The notes: a model not told the origin generated them from the sequence alone. DNA of 44,998 nt from a virus (IMGVR_UViG_3300038318_000509:1-44998), one strand, 5' to 3'. Counted from the first letter of the stretch, positions 1-10,408 are shown. Made by a program: numbers and translations.

Positions 1-216
1 TTACGTAAACTCCATTTCTGAAACAACTGGGATATATCCCAGTGTTTTCCACTCAGTGAACCCAGTTTCCCAGCTTTCCCAATTGTTGAGGAGCGCATGG
101 TCGATGCATGCATCAAACTCTGTCGGTGTTATGTTATTAAAGTCCTCCAATAAATGTCCAAAAATGTTTTCTAACATTTTTTGGTCAGTATACACACGGT
201 CGGATATGATAATCAC
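1..216 (-). CDS. Hypothetical protein (71 aa), tail-distal
   Basis: Complete ORF with stop at 1-3, coupled to the upstream gene at position 216. No recognisable motif. Confidence 0.65.
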   Translation of the reverse strand: MIIISDRVYTDQKMLENIFGHLLEDFNNITPTEFDACIDHALLNNWESWETGFTEWKTLGYIPVVSEMEFT

Positions 217-788
217 TATAACACTGCCACCTCCAAAACAGGGTCAATGCTGATAGAAGTGCCCTTATTGATAACTTCAACTCTAACCCACTTACCAAAG
301 AGGGGCAACTCTATGCCTCTGCCTAAAGTCCCTAACGAAGTTAAATCACTCATCAAATATTCTTTATAGTAATACCGTGTGCCGCTATAAAGGAGGTGCG
401 CCTCTGTACCAGCCGAAGTTAAGCGCATGGCTGTGTGAACCACCTGCGCTGCCGACCCAGGAGATATTGCAATTCGCAATTTTTCTTTGCTCCCAACATC
501 CCATTGACCAACCAGAAATGTTGTTCCTGGGTCAACGTGTTGAATCCCGGAAACAAGTATTGTTTTAGTGCCAACTTGTTGGACTTTCACATGACCTTCA
601 TCTGTAACCGCCATAGGAACAAAGAGCCCAGTTTCTGTTTTCCCCCACTGGATCCCGTCCAGCCCAAACCGGTTATTTCCCAAATTTTGACCTGTTAATG
701 CCCTATAGTTATCAGCTGCTACGTCAAATCCTTGCGGTACTATCTTCCCTTCCAAATCCCGCAAGAGACTTTTGGTATTATAAGCCAT
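216..788 (-). CDS. Hypothetical tail-associated protein (190 aa)
   Basis: Follows the tail tip gene, with an AAGGAG RBS and a beta-rich C-terminus. Function inferred from position only. Confidence 0.65.
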   Translation of the reverse strand: MAYNTKSLLRDLEGKIVPQGFDVAADNYRALTGQNLGNNRFGLDGIQWGKTETGLFVPMAVTDEGHVKVQQVGTKTILVSGIQHVDPGTTFLVGQWDVGSKEKLRIAISPGSAAQVVHTAMRLTSAGTEAHLLYSGTRYYYKEYLMSDLTSLGTLGRGIELPLFGKWVRVEVINKGTSISIDPVLEVAVL

Positions 789-794
789 AATTCG

Positions 795-3700
795 TCACTC
801 CTTTATCTGGATATGGGCTCCAATAGTTACCCGGTTACTCGAGGGCACCTTGTAGATCAGCGTGTTGCCTGTTCCAAGCTCAACTGCACCACCATACACC
901 CCACCACTAATTATGGATGCACTGCCACCTGGCTCTGGAGCTTGTCCGCCCGTAGTATTCAGGTTTGTGTCAAAGTGCCACAGGTAACTGTCCTTTGGTT
1001 TGTTGACCGGGATGCCCTCATAGCCGCCACCAACCGTTATTTTTTCAGCTCGTAAATGGAGCACGTTAGCTTCATCAAGGTAGGCCAGCTCCGCTTTAAG
1101 CAACAACACCTTGATCAACTCTGCTTGTAACTCCGGCGCACGAAGTAGACCACCCAGTATCATCTTGCCTGGCGAGTAGATTTCTGGAGGGTTTTTCGTT
1201 GTATCAACCATAAAGGCGTACTCGCCTTCACCCTGAACGGTAGGCTTAATCACAAAACGATCTGCGAGCACCGGGATGAGGCTTTGCCCCTGTTCATCAA
1301 AACCTGCGCCGATGCCTGTTACAACAAGCTCACCATTCACGGTTTTCTGTACTTTGATGGTGATCTGCTCGGCAAGTGTCAGAATCTGCGCAGCTGCGGC
1401 CCCGACATCAGCCTCTAGGCTACCGACCGATATGTCGACGCCGTCCGCCCTAACTTCTAGTGACCCGATCTTCGCTCCCTGGGCACTCAGATCATCGGCG
1501 ATGATCTGTACCGCATCATCCGTTTGCCTAATCTCAGTGGCTAAGGATTCAGAGTTGTAAATCCGGCTGATTGTCGCCTGGTCATACTGGCCAGTTGTTG
1601 TAACTACCCGAAACGTGATCGAGACCTGATTAGGCCCAAAGAGTGAACTGGCCGATGCAATAGACAGACTCTTAGTACTCGGGTCAATCGTAAGACCGTG
1701 TTGCCCTGAGACTACATCGGCGAAAGCACTACCATCCAAACTGTACTGCCACTTGTTGTAGGTAGCATGCTGTAAACTAAGATCTAGCGAAATTATATCA
1801 GGAGTGTAGACCCTGACTCTTTCGCCCCCCTCCCCTACATCTTCAGCGACAAAATACAAATGACTCGCGATGATGTTTACCAGCTTGGCAGGCTCTCCGG
1901 GATCTCCCTTTTCTCCAACACCCGTACCCGTTTGTCCCTTCTTGGCTTTATTCCACATGAAACGCTTGGTGTAGGTTACATCCTCAACAGTAATTGGGAT
2001 CTCAATATACCCCGCGTCAGCATCCACCGTGGCACCTACTGGGATAACCCACTGTACAAATCCAACTGCGCTTGCGCTAGGATTGCCCTTGGTAGGGCTA
2101 GCTCCTCCAAGTATAGTTCCGTCCAACTTACGTACAGTAAGACTACCTATGCTGGCTGCGGTCCGGATTTTGCCCAAAAACACCTCAATTTCTGTCCTCA
2201 GTGTTACTTGTTCGGTGATGGAGCCATCATACTCCGTGATGAAAGATTGACTTTCATTCGAAAGTACAATGAGTGGCGTTATTTTGTTTACTAGGTCCTG
2301 ATAGCCAGACTCTAAGGTGGGAATAATGTCGATTTCATCTTGAAGTGACTGCTCTAACTTGTTCTTCGGAATCTTTGGTAAGTCCATCTCACTCAAGTGG
2401 GTAGTGGTAGCCTGCAAGGGCTCTGACTTTGGACCTTCCCCCAGGACGTCATAGGCTGAGATTTGGATCGTTACTGTTGTACCGGAGGGCGCTGGATACG
2501 AATAGTCCCCGCCAGCCAGCACAGGGACTCTAACCGTTTCTGCACCCCTTGTCACGTAAATGTAATAGCCCTGGATGGATGGTAACCCCAAAGGTTTAGG
2601 TAAGATCTTGACTACGTTGAAGTATTCTTCGGTGTTCGGCTGCTGTGGAGCGGGAGGCATAGGCAACTCTAACTCTTTGATTGCAGATTCCAAGCTATAA
2701 TTCCCATGCCTGTCAAAGGCCCTAATGTAAAACGTGTATTCCCTGACACTTGGGGCAAACACATGGCGCAGCTCGCTGCCACGATAGATTAAGTGCTCAT
2801 TTCTAGCTCCCCAATTGACATCTTCGGTTCGAATCTCATACCCGGCGATGTCTCTTTCAGGAATCGGAAGCCAATTTAGTTCCACAGAATCAACAAAAAA
2901 GCAGTCGCCCCACTGCACACTGCTGGGGTTAGACCGCTTCCCGAGGATCGTAATGTTTTGGACAGGAGCCGCCCCAAAGTCCTCTTTGATGCGTTTCTGA
3001 TTTTCACTAACCACTTTTACAAGGTACTGTTGATTGCCGCCAACATCAAGTGTGAGAGCCGCACCTTCGACACGTCTGACAAACTCCCAAGAGGCTCCAT
3101 TATCAGATGATAACCACACATTACCGGCCCTCCAGACAATATCGTCCGGTAGCTCCCACTCTACTCTGATCTGGGGTATCCAGGTTCCATCTGGCAGCTG
3201 CTTGTGTTCTTCAACTAGAGTCAGATTGCGGACAGACGCAGGCGGTGCATTGGGGTTAGGTAAAGTTGTTGCTCGCCCAGGAGTATACACACTACCCCTA
3301 TCATGGTAGATAGCCGAATTATACTCCCGACACCGAAGAACCATCTCATCATTTTCTTCTTCCTGGATCTCAAGGATCCGAAATTGTTTCTCAGTCCACC
3401 CTGGAACATCATGGGACACCTTAACGACATCCCCGACTTCGCAATGGAGAGAATCGATGCCGACCCGAAACTCGCAGAATGTACTGCAGATGTAGCCACT
3501 GTCGTGGTAAAACCTCGCTTCACGGCCCGCTTGACCGGGCCTGGTTACGCCATACAGGGTAATTGTTCGGGTGAGAACGTCTCCCCGCTCTTCTTGGTCA
3601 ACCTCGTTATCATAGGAAATGTCTGCTTGCTCCCAGTTGGATTCCGGATCAATCCATTCAACTCTGATCCGATTCGGGATTTCTTTTAGACTGGCTTTGG

Positions 3701-4607
3701 AGTAGCTAAAGCTATCAGCTACGATGTTGTCCATGGTAAAGGACTGCACAGGCACCTGGCTCTTCTCGATCTGGAGCCGTAACTTGCCATCAGAATAGAG
3801 AATGTAACCTCTGAAAGTACTTAGAATCTCATCAATGAGATCCAACGACGAACGCTGAAAGTCCACATTGTAATCCAACCTAAACCGCGGCTCCTGACCA
3901 CCATTGCCGTCATCCACTAGTTCATCGCAGTACTGGGCTTCGGTTCTAAAACTATCGAAGTCAATATACTGCTCCTTGATTCCAACTCCATAGCGAGAAT
4001 TGGTCATGAGGTCGAGGATGCACCACGCAGGATTGTTGGAGTACTGACTAACCCAGCCGCTTCCACTCCAAGTTCTCACTTTACGTCCTTTGACAACACA
4101 GGTAATAGTCGGAGTCATACTTAAATCTTCAGAAGCTTTAAATCTGCAGGCAATATAGGCCGTGTTAGGCCATGTTTCGCCTGTGTCGACCCAAGAGATG
4201 GCCGACTGGATTTCTGTTCCAAGCCTGACATGGTGCTCCGCATAACCCTTAATGGATGTGATGGGTTCGTCATTGACGCGTATGTCTTCAACAGATTCTA
4301 TGGGGCCCTCACCAAGGCCGACAACCATGAACAGTTCTTTTTCGTTATTGGAGATCCGATGATAGATGATGTTGCCTGCAACTTTGACCCGGCCGTATGT
4401 GACAGGGATTGGAATCCGCTGGGCATACGTATTATCGAGCTCTCCAAAGCTATAAGTTGGCGAGGCCGATTTAGGTCTATCAAACATTCGGCCCAGTGAT
4501 GCGCCTGTCACGACCGATGCTAACATCGTAGCACCAAATATGGTAGATCCCGCTGCGCTTGCAGCACCGGCCACAACTGCTCCAATTATCGCTCCAGCAC
4601 CCATCAC
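795..4607 (-). CDS. Tail tip / host-specificity protein, lambda gpJ-like (Phage-tail_3 type) with FN3-like domains
   Basis: 1270 aa. Motifs IPVTYGRVKVAGN, LGEGPIESV, VKGRKV...YSNNPAWCILDL, IPNRIRVEWIDP and EVGDVVKVSH are typical of J-like tip proteins. Short collagen-like GEKGDPGEP. Confidence 0.9.
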   Translation of the reverse strand: MMGAGAIIGAVVAGAASAAGSTIFGATMLASVVTGASLGRMFDRPKSASPTYSFGELDNTYAQRIPIPVTYGRVKVAGNIIYHRISNNEKELFMVVGLGEGPIESVEDIRVNDEPITSIKGYAEHHVRLGTEIQSAISWVDTGETWPNTAYIACRFKASEDLSMTPTITCVVKGRKVRTWSGSGWVSQYSNNPAWCILDLMTNSRYGVGIKEQYIDFDSFRTEAQYCDELVDDGNGGQEPRFRLDYNVDFQRSSLDLIDEILSTFRGYILYSDGKLRLQIEKSQVPVQSFTMDNIVADSFSYSKASLKEIPNRIRVEWIDPESNWEQADISYDNEVDQEERGDVLTRTITLYGVTRPGQAGREARFYHDSGYICSTFCEFRVGIDSLHCEVGDVVKVSHDVPGWTEKQFRILEIQEEENDEMVLRCREYNSAIYHDRGSVYTPGRATTLPNPNAPPASVRNLTLVEEHKQLPDGTWIPQIRVEWELPDDIVWRAGNVWLSSDNGASWEFVRRVEGAALTLDVGGNQQYLVKVVSENQKRIKEDFGAAPVQNITILGKRSNPSSVQWGDCFFVDSVELNWLPIPERDIAGYEIRTEDVNWGARNEHLIYRGSELRHVFAPSVREYTFYIRAFDRHGNYSLESAIKELELPMPPAPQQPNTEEYFNVVKILPKPLGLPSIQGYYIYVTRGAETVRVPVLAGGDYSYPAPSGTTVTIQISAYDVLGEGPKSEPLQATTTHLSEMDLPKIPKNKLEQSLQDEIDIIPTLESGYQDLVNKITPLIVLSNESQSFITEYDGSITEQVTLRTEIEVFLGKIRTAASIGSLTVRKLDGTILGGASPTKGNPSASAVGFVQWVIPVGATVDADAGYIEIPITVEDVTYTKRFMWNKAKKGQTGTGVGEKGDPGEPAKLVNIIASHLYFVAEDVGEGGERVRVYTPDIISLDLSLQHATYNKWQYSLDGSAFADVVSGQHGLTIDPSTKSLSIASASSLFGPNQVSITFRVVTTTGQYDQATISRIYNSESLATEIRQTDDAVQIIADDLSAQGAKIGSLEVRADGVDISVGSLEADVGAAAAQILTLAEQITIKVQKTVNGELVVTGIGAGFDEQGQSLIPVLADRFVIKPTVQGEGEYAFMVDTTKNPPEIYSPGKMILGGLLRAPELQAELIKVLLLKAELAYLDEANVLHLRAEKITVGGGYEGIPVNKPKDSYLWHFDTNLNTTGGQAPEPGGSASIISGGVYGGAVELGTGNTLIYKVPSSNRVTIGAHIQIKE

Positions 4608-5011
4608 ATCAACCTCCTAGCACCTGCAAACTTTTCCTTCCAAAATCCCTGAAGTCTCGTTAACTGTACACTGCGGCCTTCCAGGACATGCAAAAAACGG
4701 CCTCCCGTAATTAAGATACCGCTGTGTGTCACTGCATCATTGATGACCCGAAAATAGACTAAATCAAGCGGCTGCAGGGGTTCTATTGCTTCTTTGCCGA
4801 TAGCAAGCAGCCCCCGAAGATAGCGCTCCGGATCTGATTCGTGCCAATTGGCTTCAACAGGTAGCCCGTCTCCCGCGGGAAAGGAAATACCCAGTTGAGT
4901 GTAGACATACCAGACAAGGCCTAGGCAGTCGAGGCCTTTGATAGTTCGCCCATTGTGCTCATACGGAACACCTACCAGCCTACCGGCCAACTGCTCCAGC
5001 CTCTTAATCAT
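4604..5011 (-). CDS. NlpC/P60 (C40) peptidase, tail tip assembly protein
   Basis: GVPYEHNGR..GLDCLGLV (catalytic Cys), HSGI (His), FLHV. Lies between the hub and J-like genes. Confidence 0.9.
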   Translation of the reverse strand: MIKRLEQLAGRLVGVPYEHNGRTIKGLDCLGLVWYVYTQLGISFPAGDGLPVEANWHESDPERYLRGLLAIGKEAIEPLQPLDLVYFRVINDAVTHSGILITGGRFLHVLEGRSVQLTRLQGFWKEKFAGARRLM

Positions 5012-5838
5012 TCTCGGACATCCTTCTCGGACGGTACTGACAGAAAGCCGCCGAACCTTGCTTGGTTACTAAACCTGGCACATCCAGTGTCGTAGTCCTT
5101 GTTGCATCCTCTGCGCATGGTGTAAGGCTTGCCGACTACGTCTTCGGGAAAAGAGTATTCAACGTCAATAGTACTTCCACTGCTTGCCACAACCTTTCGG
5201 GACAAACCATCTATGGTCAGTATTCCATCCTCAAAGTAACCTGCCGATTCAGATCTGCCTGATAGGGTTAGCTTTCTGCCTTGATTGCTGACCCCAGATA
5301 CAGTTCCGGTCACTGTCACAGATGCAAGATTAACCCCACACTCAGGGCCGCCAAACTTCCAGTTACAAAGCCTTTGGTAGTGCCGGCGTGGAACACTAAC
5401 ATTGAGAGTATCAAGTCTGCTGGTAACGGAGACCGTCATCGCATGTTGATTGGCCACCGGGGCGTCCATTACTCCATCGAAGATGATGACGTGATTGGCG
5501 AAATCCCCTAGATGGTCAAGAAACACTTTGACAATTTTTAGTCTGCACCCTCGGAACTCATGATGGGCCATGTAGGCGCTCATCTCCCGGGTGACGTTAT
5601 CAATGGATACAGAACATTCGTCTACTCTGCTTTCAACATTAGTTCTAATCGAGCTACGCCTGATTCCAGAGGCGTAGTATAAAGTGGGTGTCCCATCCTC
5701 ATTGAAAAATTGCACATTCTGGTCATGTGCAGCCAAGTGAAGCGTTTCCTCATCCAGATAGATGGCATAGAGTTCCACCGGTCTGTTCTCGATTTTCTTG
5801 GATTCTTGCGAAACACCTTGAGATAAAGGCCTAGCCAC
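5008..5838 (-). CDS. Tail hub protein, DUF2163/BR0599-like (lambda gpL/GTA hub analogue)
   Basis: Four-Cys pattern CNWKFGGPECG ... GCNKDYDTGCARFSN..FGGF, plus synteny. Confidence 0.85.
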   Translation of the reverse strand: MARPLSQGVSQESKKIENRPVELYAIYLDEETLHLAAHDQNVQFFNEDGTPTLYYASGIRRSSIRTNVESRVDECSVSIDNVTREMSAYMAHHEFRGCRLKIVKVFLDHLGDFANHVIIFDGVMDAPVANQHAMTVSVTSRLDTLNVSVPRRHYQRLCNWKFGGPECGVNLASVTVTGTVSGVSNQGRKLTLSGRSESAGYFEDGILTIDGLSRKVVASSGSTIDVEYSFPEDVVGKPYTMRRGCNKDYDTGCARFSNQARFGGFLSVPSEKDVRE

Positions 5839-6184
5839 TCCCTACCACCTCCAACACCTCCAAAAAAGTTATACCGTACTCGAAACACAACTTCCAAAAG
5901 ACTTGCCTAGTCAGATTGTCCTCGGCAAAGCGCACATTATAGGCAACCCCATCAACAGGGTTAGTCCAAGTAAACGCCTGGTAAGCCCCCTTTCGGGCAA
6001 TGTAAAAGGACCAGATAGCATCTGCATCTATCTGATCCTTCCTAAACTTCAATGACCATCTTCTGCGAGGAGTCCCTTTCGAACGACGTTGCTCCTTGCC
6101 ACTTTCAAACTCAGTTACAAGAGTTCTATGTTGAATCGACTCTTGAATGTTTGCCGGATCACATGGCCAAGTAAACACAGCCAT
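5831..6184 (-). CDS. Distal tail protein, DUF2460/gpM-like
   Basis: TEFESGKEQR, FYIARKGAYQAFTW, VRF motifs; directly after the tape measure gene. Confidence 0.8.
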   Translation of the reverse strand: MAVFTWPCDPANIQESIQHRTLVTEFESGKEQRRSKGTPRRRWSLKFRKDQIDADAIWSFYIARKGAYQAFTWTNPVDGVAYNVRFAEDNLTRQVFWKLCFEYGITFLEVLEVVGSG

Positions 6185-6188
6185 AGCA

Positions 6189-9100
6189 TCAACTCCTTGC
6201 TAACTGCAGTAAGATCTTGCGCAGGGGTCCATTACGCCCGACGTCGTCGATGATGAGGTGCTTCACTCCATCTGAATTGCGCATCAGAAGCTCCTGGAAA
6301 CTGGCTGCGTCCACGGCGTTGATGTTAACCTCAATGTGTTGGGCACCAGCCCCATCTGTAGACACGTTCTGTAGTAGACTCTCAAACTGATCATTCTGCT
6401 GGCGGGAAAGAACTCTCTCGCCAGTTTGGGCGATGATTGGCACCTCGTCAGATCTTAGCTCTCCAATGTAACCACCCGAGTGATAGTAAGCTGCAGGGCT
6501 GAGGACGAGTCCGCCGTCGTGGAAGATGGGTAAGCCTGCCAAGAAGTCTCCAAATCCAATTTTGTCAAAGAGTGGTGCAAAGACTTGGGTCTGTAGGAAC
6601 TGGCTGGCCAACATTCCCAAGAAGTTATCAAAGACATTAAGCACACCATCAAAGGTTTCTTTTAAACCCCGTCCATAGCCGATGGCGTTGGAAAGGCCGC
6701 TAACAAGACTGTCGGTCCACTGCTTGGTGGTTTCTTTTACCTTGTCAGTTTCGCCACCGATTCCTTCAATTAGTTTTGTGAGCCTTTCAAAATCAAGCTC
6801 TGCCTCTTCAAACAACCCATCGAATTCAGCCATAAGTTCCGGGAACTGCCCTTTTAGCCAACCCATTGTCGAATCGCCCAAGGCTGAAAGTAGCTTTTTG
6901 ACGTTGGCCAAAACTCGCATATACAAAGGACTGTCCTCGTCAGATATTTCATCAGCAAGTTCCACTCCATAGGGAGTCAAGGCTACTTGTTTCCCGGCCG
7001 CCAAGCCTTCAAACAATCCTTCTTTGGCAGATTCGCCTACTTCTCTGGCTGTTAGCTCCAAAGTAGGTATACCATCCATCAAGCCTTTACGCGCGCCCTC
7101 CATACCAGCTTCCATGGTCTTTTGCATACCGATATCAATGTACTTGAGCGGGCCTTTTGGAGGTGGCGATTGGCCAATAAGAAAATCGGCTACTGTTTGA
7201 GCCAGTTCCTCGGCAGATGCTTCTACTCTAGGCTTTTTATTGAGCATTCCATCTGCCCAAGCGTCAATAATCGCCTCGCCACCCTCAGTGAAATTGTGGT
7301 AGGTAGTTAATTGTTCTTCAATAGTTCGCCGATGTCCGGTGGCCAACATCGAAAAGTCCTCGTCAAGTTCTCCTGATAAAGCAGCGGTATTTAGAGCATT
7401 AACACCTTCTTGATAGGACAAAAATAGGGCTTCGGCGAAAGATATGCCTAGTTCTTCGGCAACTCTCATAATTTTGTCTGATTCCTTATCCAGTAGTAAC
7501 TGAATATAGCGGATCCCCATTTCGGTCTGAGCTACCCAATTATCCTCTAGTGACATGCCATCTACCCAAGAATACAAGTTTTCTTCGCTACCAAGGCCAC
7601 CCCGGTTGAGTACGTCCCTTCTCGAAACAGGCATGGACTGTAATGGACCCATCGCCCCTGATTCAGGGTGTACAATATGCGTTACTCCTTCGCCCCATTT
7701 TGCCCCCGATTCCAACCTTGCCAGCAACATTATGAGTTCTGGATCAACTTCTGCCCCAGTGATGGCCGTGAGTAGTTCAATCGCTTTTTGGACGTTTGCC
7801 TCGGTCATGTCGGGGAATAGATGCACCGATTCTGCGGATAAATCATCGAGCGCTTCAAGTAAGGTCTCGACCCCATCAATTATATCATCAATGCCAAGCC
7901 GCCAATCTAACCACTCGTCCCACTCTAGCATCCCTTCTGGCCTGCCACCTGTTGCTTGCCACCACAATTTTTGAAAAACATTCATGCCCTCGGTGGCTTC
8001 GTCGATCAACTTCTGTCGGTACGCTCCGTATTCTTCAAGATAGCCCCAGTGTTCCCTTGGGATGCCCATTCTCTCGCCGAGAGCGTCCCGCCCTTCTTCT
8101 ACAGCATCGGATACAACATCACCAAGTTTAAAACTAAGGGCAAGGTTAAACCCCAGCAATGCACCACCTGGACCGAAGACAGCCCCGCCGATGGCCCCGG
8201 TAAGTGTCGCTACCAGCACATTTTTGACGAAGCTTTCAAAGCCTCCGCCTTCTAAGGCTTCTTTCAGCTGGATACCCAAAGTAATAATACCGATTGCTAG
8301 CGGGATTCCACCAATACCCAAATTACCCGAAGTGTTTCCAAAGAATGCTCCGATAGCAATCATGATGCCTTTTACCGCTCCAGAAGTCAGCTGTAATGTC
8401 AGCAAAAGGACAGCAATGCCACTCCATACATCACTAACAATTTTCCAAAACTTAGTCCATTCTCCAGTCTCGGCTCCCTCTTTGAGGGCTTCATACGTTT
8501 CACCTTCGGGCTTAAGGCCAAACCCAAGGAAGATTTTGGTGGCATCCCAAGTTAGCTTGAGCTTTTCAAGGAACGATGTTTCGGAGTCGCCCCATATCTT
8601 CTTAAGGGTGTCCCAATAATTCTTAATGCTGGCAACAGTTTCCGGGCCCAAGATGAACTTCATGGTTAGGGTAAACGTCTCAGAAAACTTCTGTATCACT
8701 GGTTTTTCAGTATCCAGCCAAATCCCTGCAAGATCTGTCCAGTATTGCTTAATATTATGGGTCGTTCCTTCGCCAAAAACAAAGTCTACCACTAATTCTG
8801 TGGATTTGCCGACTTTTTGGGAGAACGTAAGTTGCTCGTTTGACCAGACTTCGTTTAAGTCAGCCCAAAGTTTCTTAAACCTTGCAGGCAGCTCCTCCCA
8901 GCCCAGCCACCTAAGGAGCTTGTTCAGTTGCACAAGGACATAATCAACAGCCACCTGGGTTTTTTCTTGAATCCCACCCCAGTTCTCATCCCAGGCAGTG
9001 TAAAGCAGGAGTCCTAGCGCAATAAGCCACAAGATTGGGTTGGTCAAAAGTCCAAACATTCCTCGTACCAAGACGGCACCTTTGCTAACTATAGTCATGC

Positions 9101-9983
9101 CGAGTGCGACTGCACCCAGTGCAAGTCCTAAAGTGGTCAAAACTCCACCCAAAACAACACCTTGAGCAACAAGCTTCGGATTTTCTCGCACCCAAGCCAT
9201 TAGAGATTCTAACCCCTCGTTGGCTTTCTCTCCTAGTAAAGTAAAGACCGGGACAACTGCCGTGGCCAGTTGCATTTTGACGCCATCCATACCAGCCTTC
9301 CACTTGTCCATGACCTCACCATAGTGACCAAACTTCGCAATGTTTTCGCGAGATAAGACTATACCGAGCCGATTCGCTTCTTCAGCAAATGCGACGATTC
9401 CTTGACGCCCCTGGTTGAGTAGTGGGATTAAGTTGTAACCTGAATCACCAAGTAGGTTAAAGGCAACCTGCGTTTTCAGGTTCTCATCTGTGGACTCAGC
9501 AAAGGCATCAGCCAGACTTAAAAGGAGCTCGTCAGTGCTTTTGATGTTGCCATTGATATCTCGAAACGATACACCCATTCGTTCATAACTCTTTATATAA
9601 GCTTGGTTCCCTTGCGAGGCTTCCTGCGTTCTGCGGGTCAGACGCACCATAGAGCTACCCAGTTCTTCCAAAGAGGATTCATTTTGCTTGGCAGCATAAC
9701 CTAAAGCAGCCATATTTTCAACAGCAACACCAGTTTGTATTGACAGCTTCTCGAGATAGCCTGCATATTGCTCGGTGCTCTTTACTAGAGTATTAAGGCC
9801 AGCAACGACACCGGCCGCTGCAGCACCAGCCGCCAAGCTCCAATTGCGGAGGGTTCTAATGTTATCTTTAGTCTTTTGCTCAAATTCTTGAAGTTTGCCT
9901 TTACTCTCAGTCATCTTCTGCTTATATTCAGTGTTTGTAGCTCCAATCTTGTAAAACAAGGTTTGTATATTCAAAGCCAACAT
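6189..9983 (-). CDS. Tail tape measure protein with embedded lytic transglycosylase-like domain
   Basis: 1264 aa, helical with hydrophobic segments. ARLESG...GAMGPLQSMP SLT-like motif. C-terminal FHDGG..YHSGG..DEVPII..GERVLS motif. Confidence 0.92.
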   Translation of the reverse strand: MLALNIQTLFYKIGATNTEYKQKMTESKGKLQEFEQKTKDNIRTLRNWSLAAGAAAAGVVAGLNTLVKSTEQYAGYLEKLSIQTGVAVENMAALGYAAKQNESSLEELGSSMVRLTRRTQEASQGNQAYIKSYERMGVSFRDINGNIKSTDELLLSLADAFAESTDENLKTQVAFNLLGDSGYNLIPLLNQGRQGIVAFAEEANRLGIVLSRENIAKFGHYGEVMDKWKAGMDGVKMQLATAVVPVFTLLGEKANEGLESLMAWVRENPKLVAQGVVLGGVLTTLGLALGAVALGMTIVSKGAVLVRGMFGLLTNPILWLIALGLLLYTAWDENWGGIQEKTQVAVDYVLVQLNKLLRWLGWEELPARFKKLWADLNEVWSNEQLTFSQKVGKSTELVVDFVFGEGTTHNIKQYWTDLAGIWLDTEKPVIQKFSETFTLTMKFILGPETVASIKNYWDTLKKIWGDSETSFLEKLKLTWDATKIFLGFGLKPEGETYEALKEGAETGEWTKFWKIVSDVWSGIAVLLLTLQLTSGAVKGIMIAIGAFFGNTSGNLGIGGIPLAIGIITLGIQLKEALEGGGFESFVKNVLVATLTGAIGGAVFGPGGALLGFNLALSFKLGDVVSDAVEEGRDALGERMGIPREHWGYLEEYGAYRQKLIDEATEGMNVFQKLWWQATGGRPEGMLEWDEWLDWRLGIDDIIDGVETLLEALDDLSAESVHLFPDMTEANVQKAIELLTAITGAEVDPELIMLLARLESGAKWGEGVTHIVHPESGAMGPLQSMPVSRRDVLNRGGLGSEENLYSWVDGMSLEDNWVAQTEMGIRYIQLLLDKESDKIMRVAEELGISFAEALFLSYQEGVNALNTAALSGELDEDFSMLATGHRRTIEEQLTTYHNFTEGGEAIIDAWADGMLNKKPRVEASAEELAQTVADFLIGQSPPPKGPLKYIDIGMQKTMEAGMEGARKGLMDGIPTLELTAREVGESAKEGLFEGLAAGKQVALTPYGVELADEISDEDSPLYMRVLANVKKLLSALGDSTMGWLKGQFPELMAEFDGLFEEAELDFERLTKLIEGIGGETDKVKETTKQWTDSLVSGLSNAIGYGRGLKETFDGVLNVFDNFLGMLASQFLQTQVFAPLFDKIGFGDFLAGLPIFHDGGLVLSPAAYYHSGGYIGELRSDEVPIIAQTGERVLSRQQNDQFESLLQNVSTDGAGAQHIEVNINAVDAASFQELLMRNSDGVKHLIIDDVGRNGPLRKILLQLARS

Positions 9984-10408
9984 TATCCCTCCTTCTCAAA
10001 ACTGCTTATTTGCTTAAGCAAGAGCTCTTCTAGCTTGCCTCTGGTTTCTTTCCTGGCCACGATGCGCTCTGGGTTCTTAAGGTCTTTCTCCATCTCAATT
10101 AGCTGATTTTGGACTTGCTGAACACCGGCACCTTTTTCTGTATAAGGTGCTATGGCAATCTGTAGCAACATGCGATATTCACTGATTTTTTCCAACGCCT
10201 TAGCACGATTGCGTTCGCCAATTCGCTTGAAATACATGGGTAGTTCTTCTGGATAAATCTCATCTAAGACCTGGTTCTTAGACCAGCCATAGGCATCAGC
10301 AAATACATCTATTGTATCTTGGAGCCACTCTTCTTCGGATTGACTGCCGCCAGGGTCTTCTGTGCCCTCTGTGCCCAATTCGGAGACAAGAGGGACAGGG
10401 CGTTTTTT
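9983..10408 (-). CDS. Tail assembly chaperone, frameshifted C-terminal portion (gpGT-like)
   Basis: Open in the -1 frame from the slippery heptamer A AAA AAC (10408-10402) and reads KRPVPLVSELGTEGTEDPGG... up to the tape measure start. Confidence 0.8.
   Translation of the reverse strand, partial: KKRPVPLVSELGTEGTEDPGGSQSEEEWLQDTIDVFADAYGWSKNQVLDEIYPEELPMYFKRIGERNRAKALEKISEYRMLLQIAIAPYTEKGAGVQQVQNQLIEMEKDLKNPERIVARKETRGKLEELLLKQISSFEKEG

Noticed and set aside
1-4607. Diversity-generating retroelement or invertible tail-fibre shufflon
   Set aside because: No reverse transcriptase, no invertase and no TR/VR-like repeat pair seen in the window. Sequence left of the window cannot be assessed.
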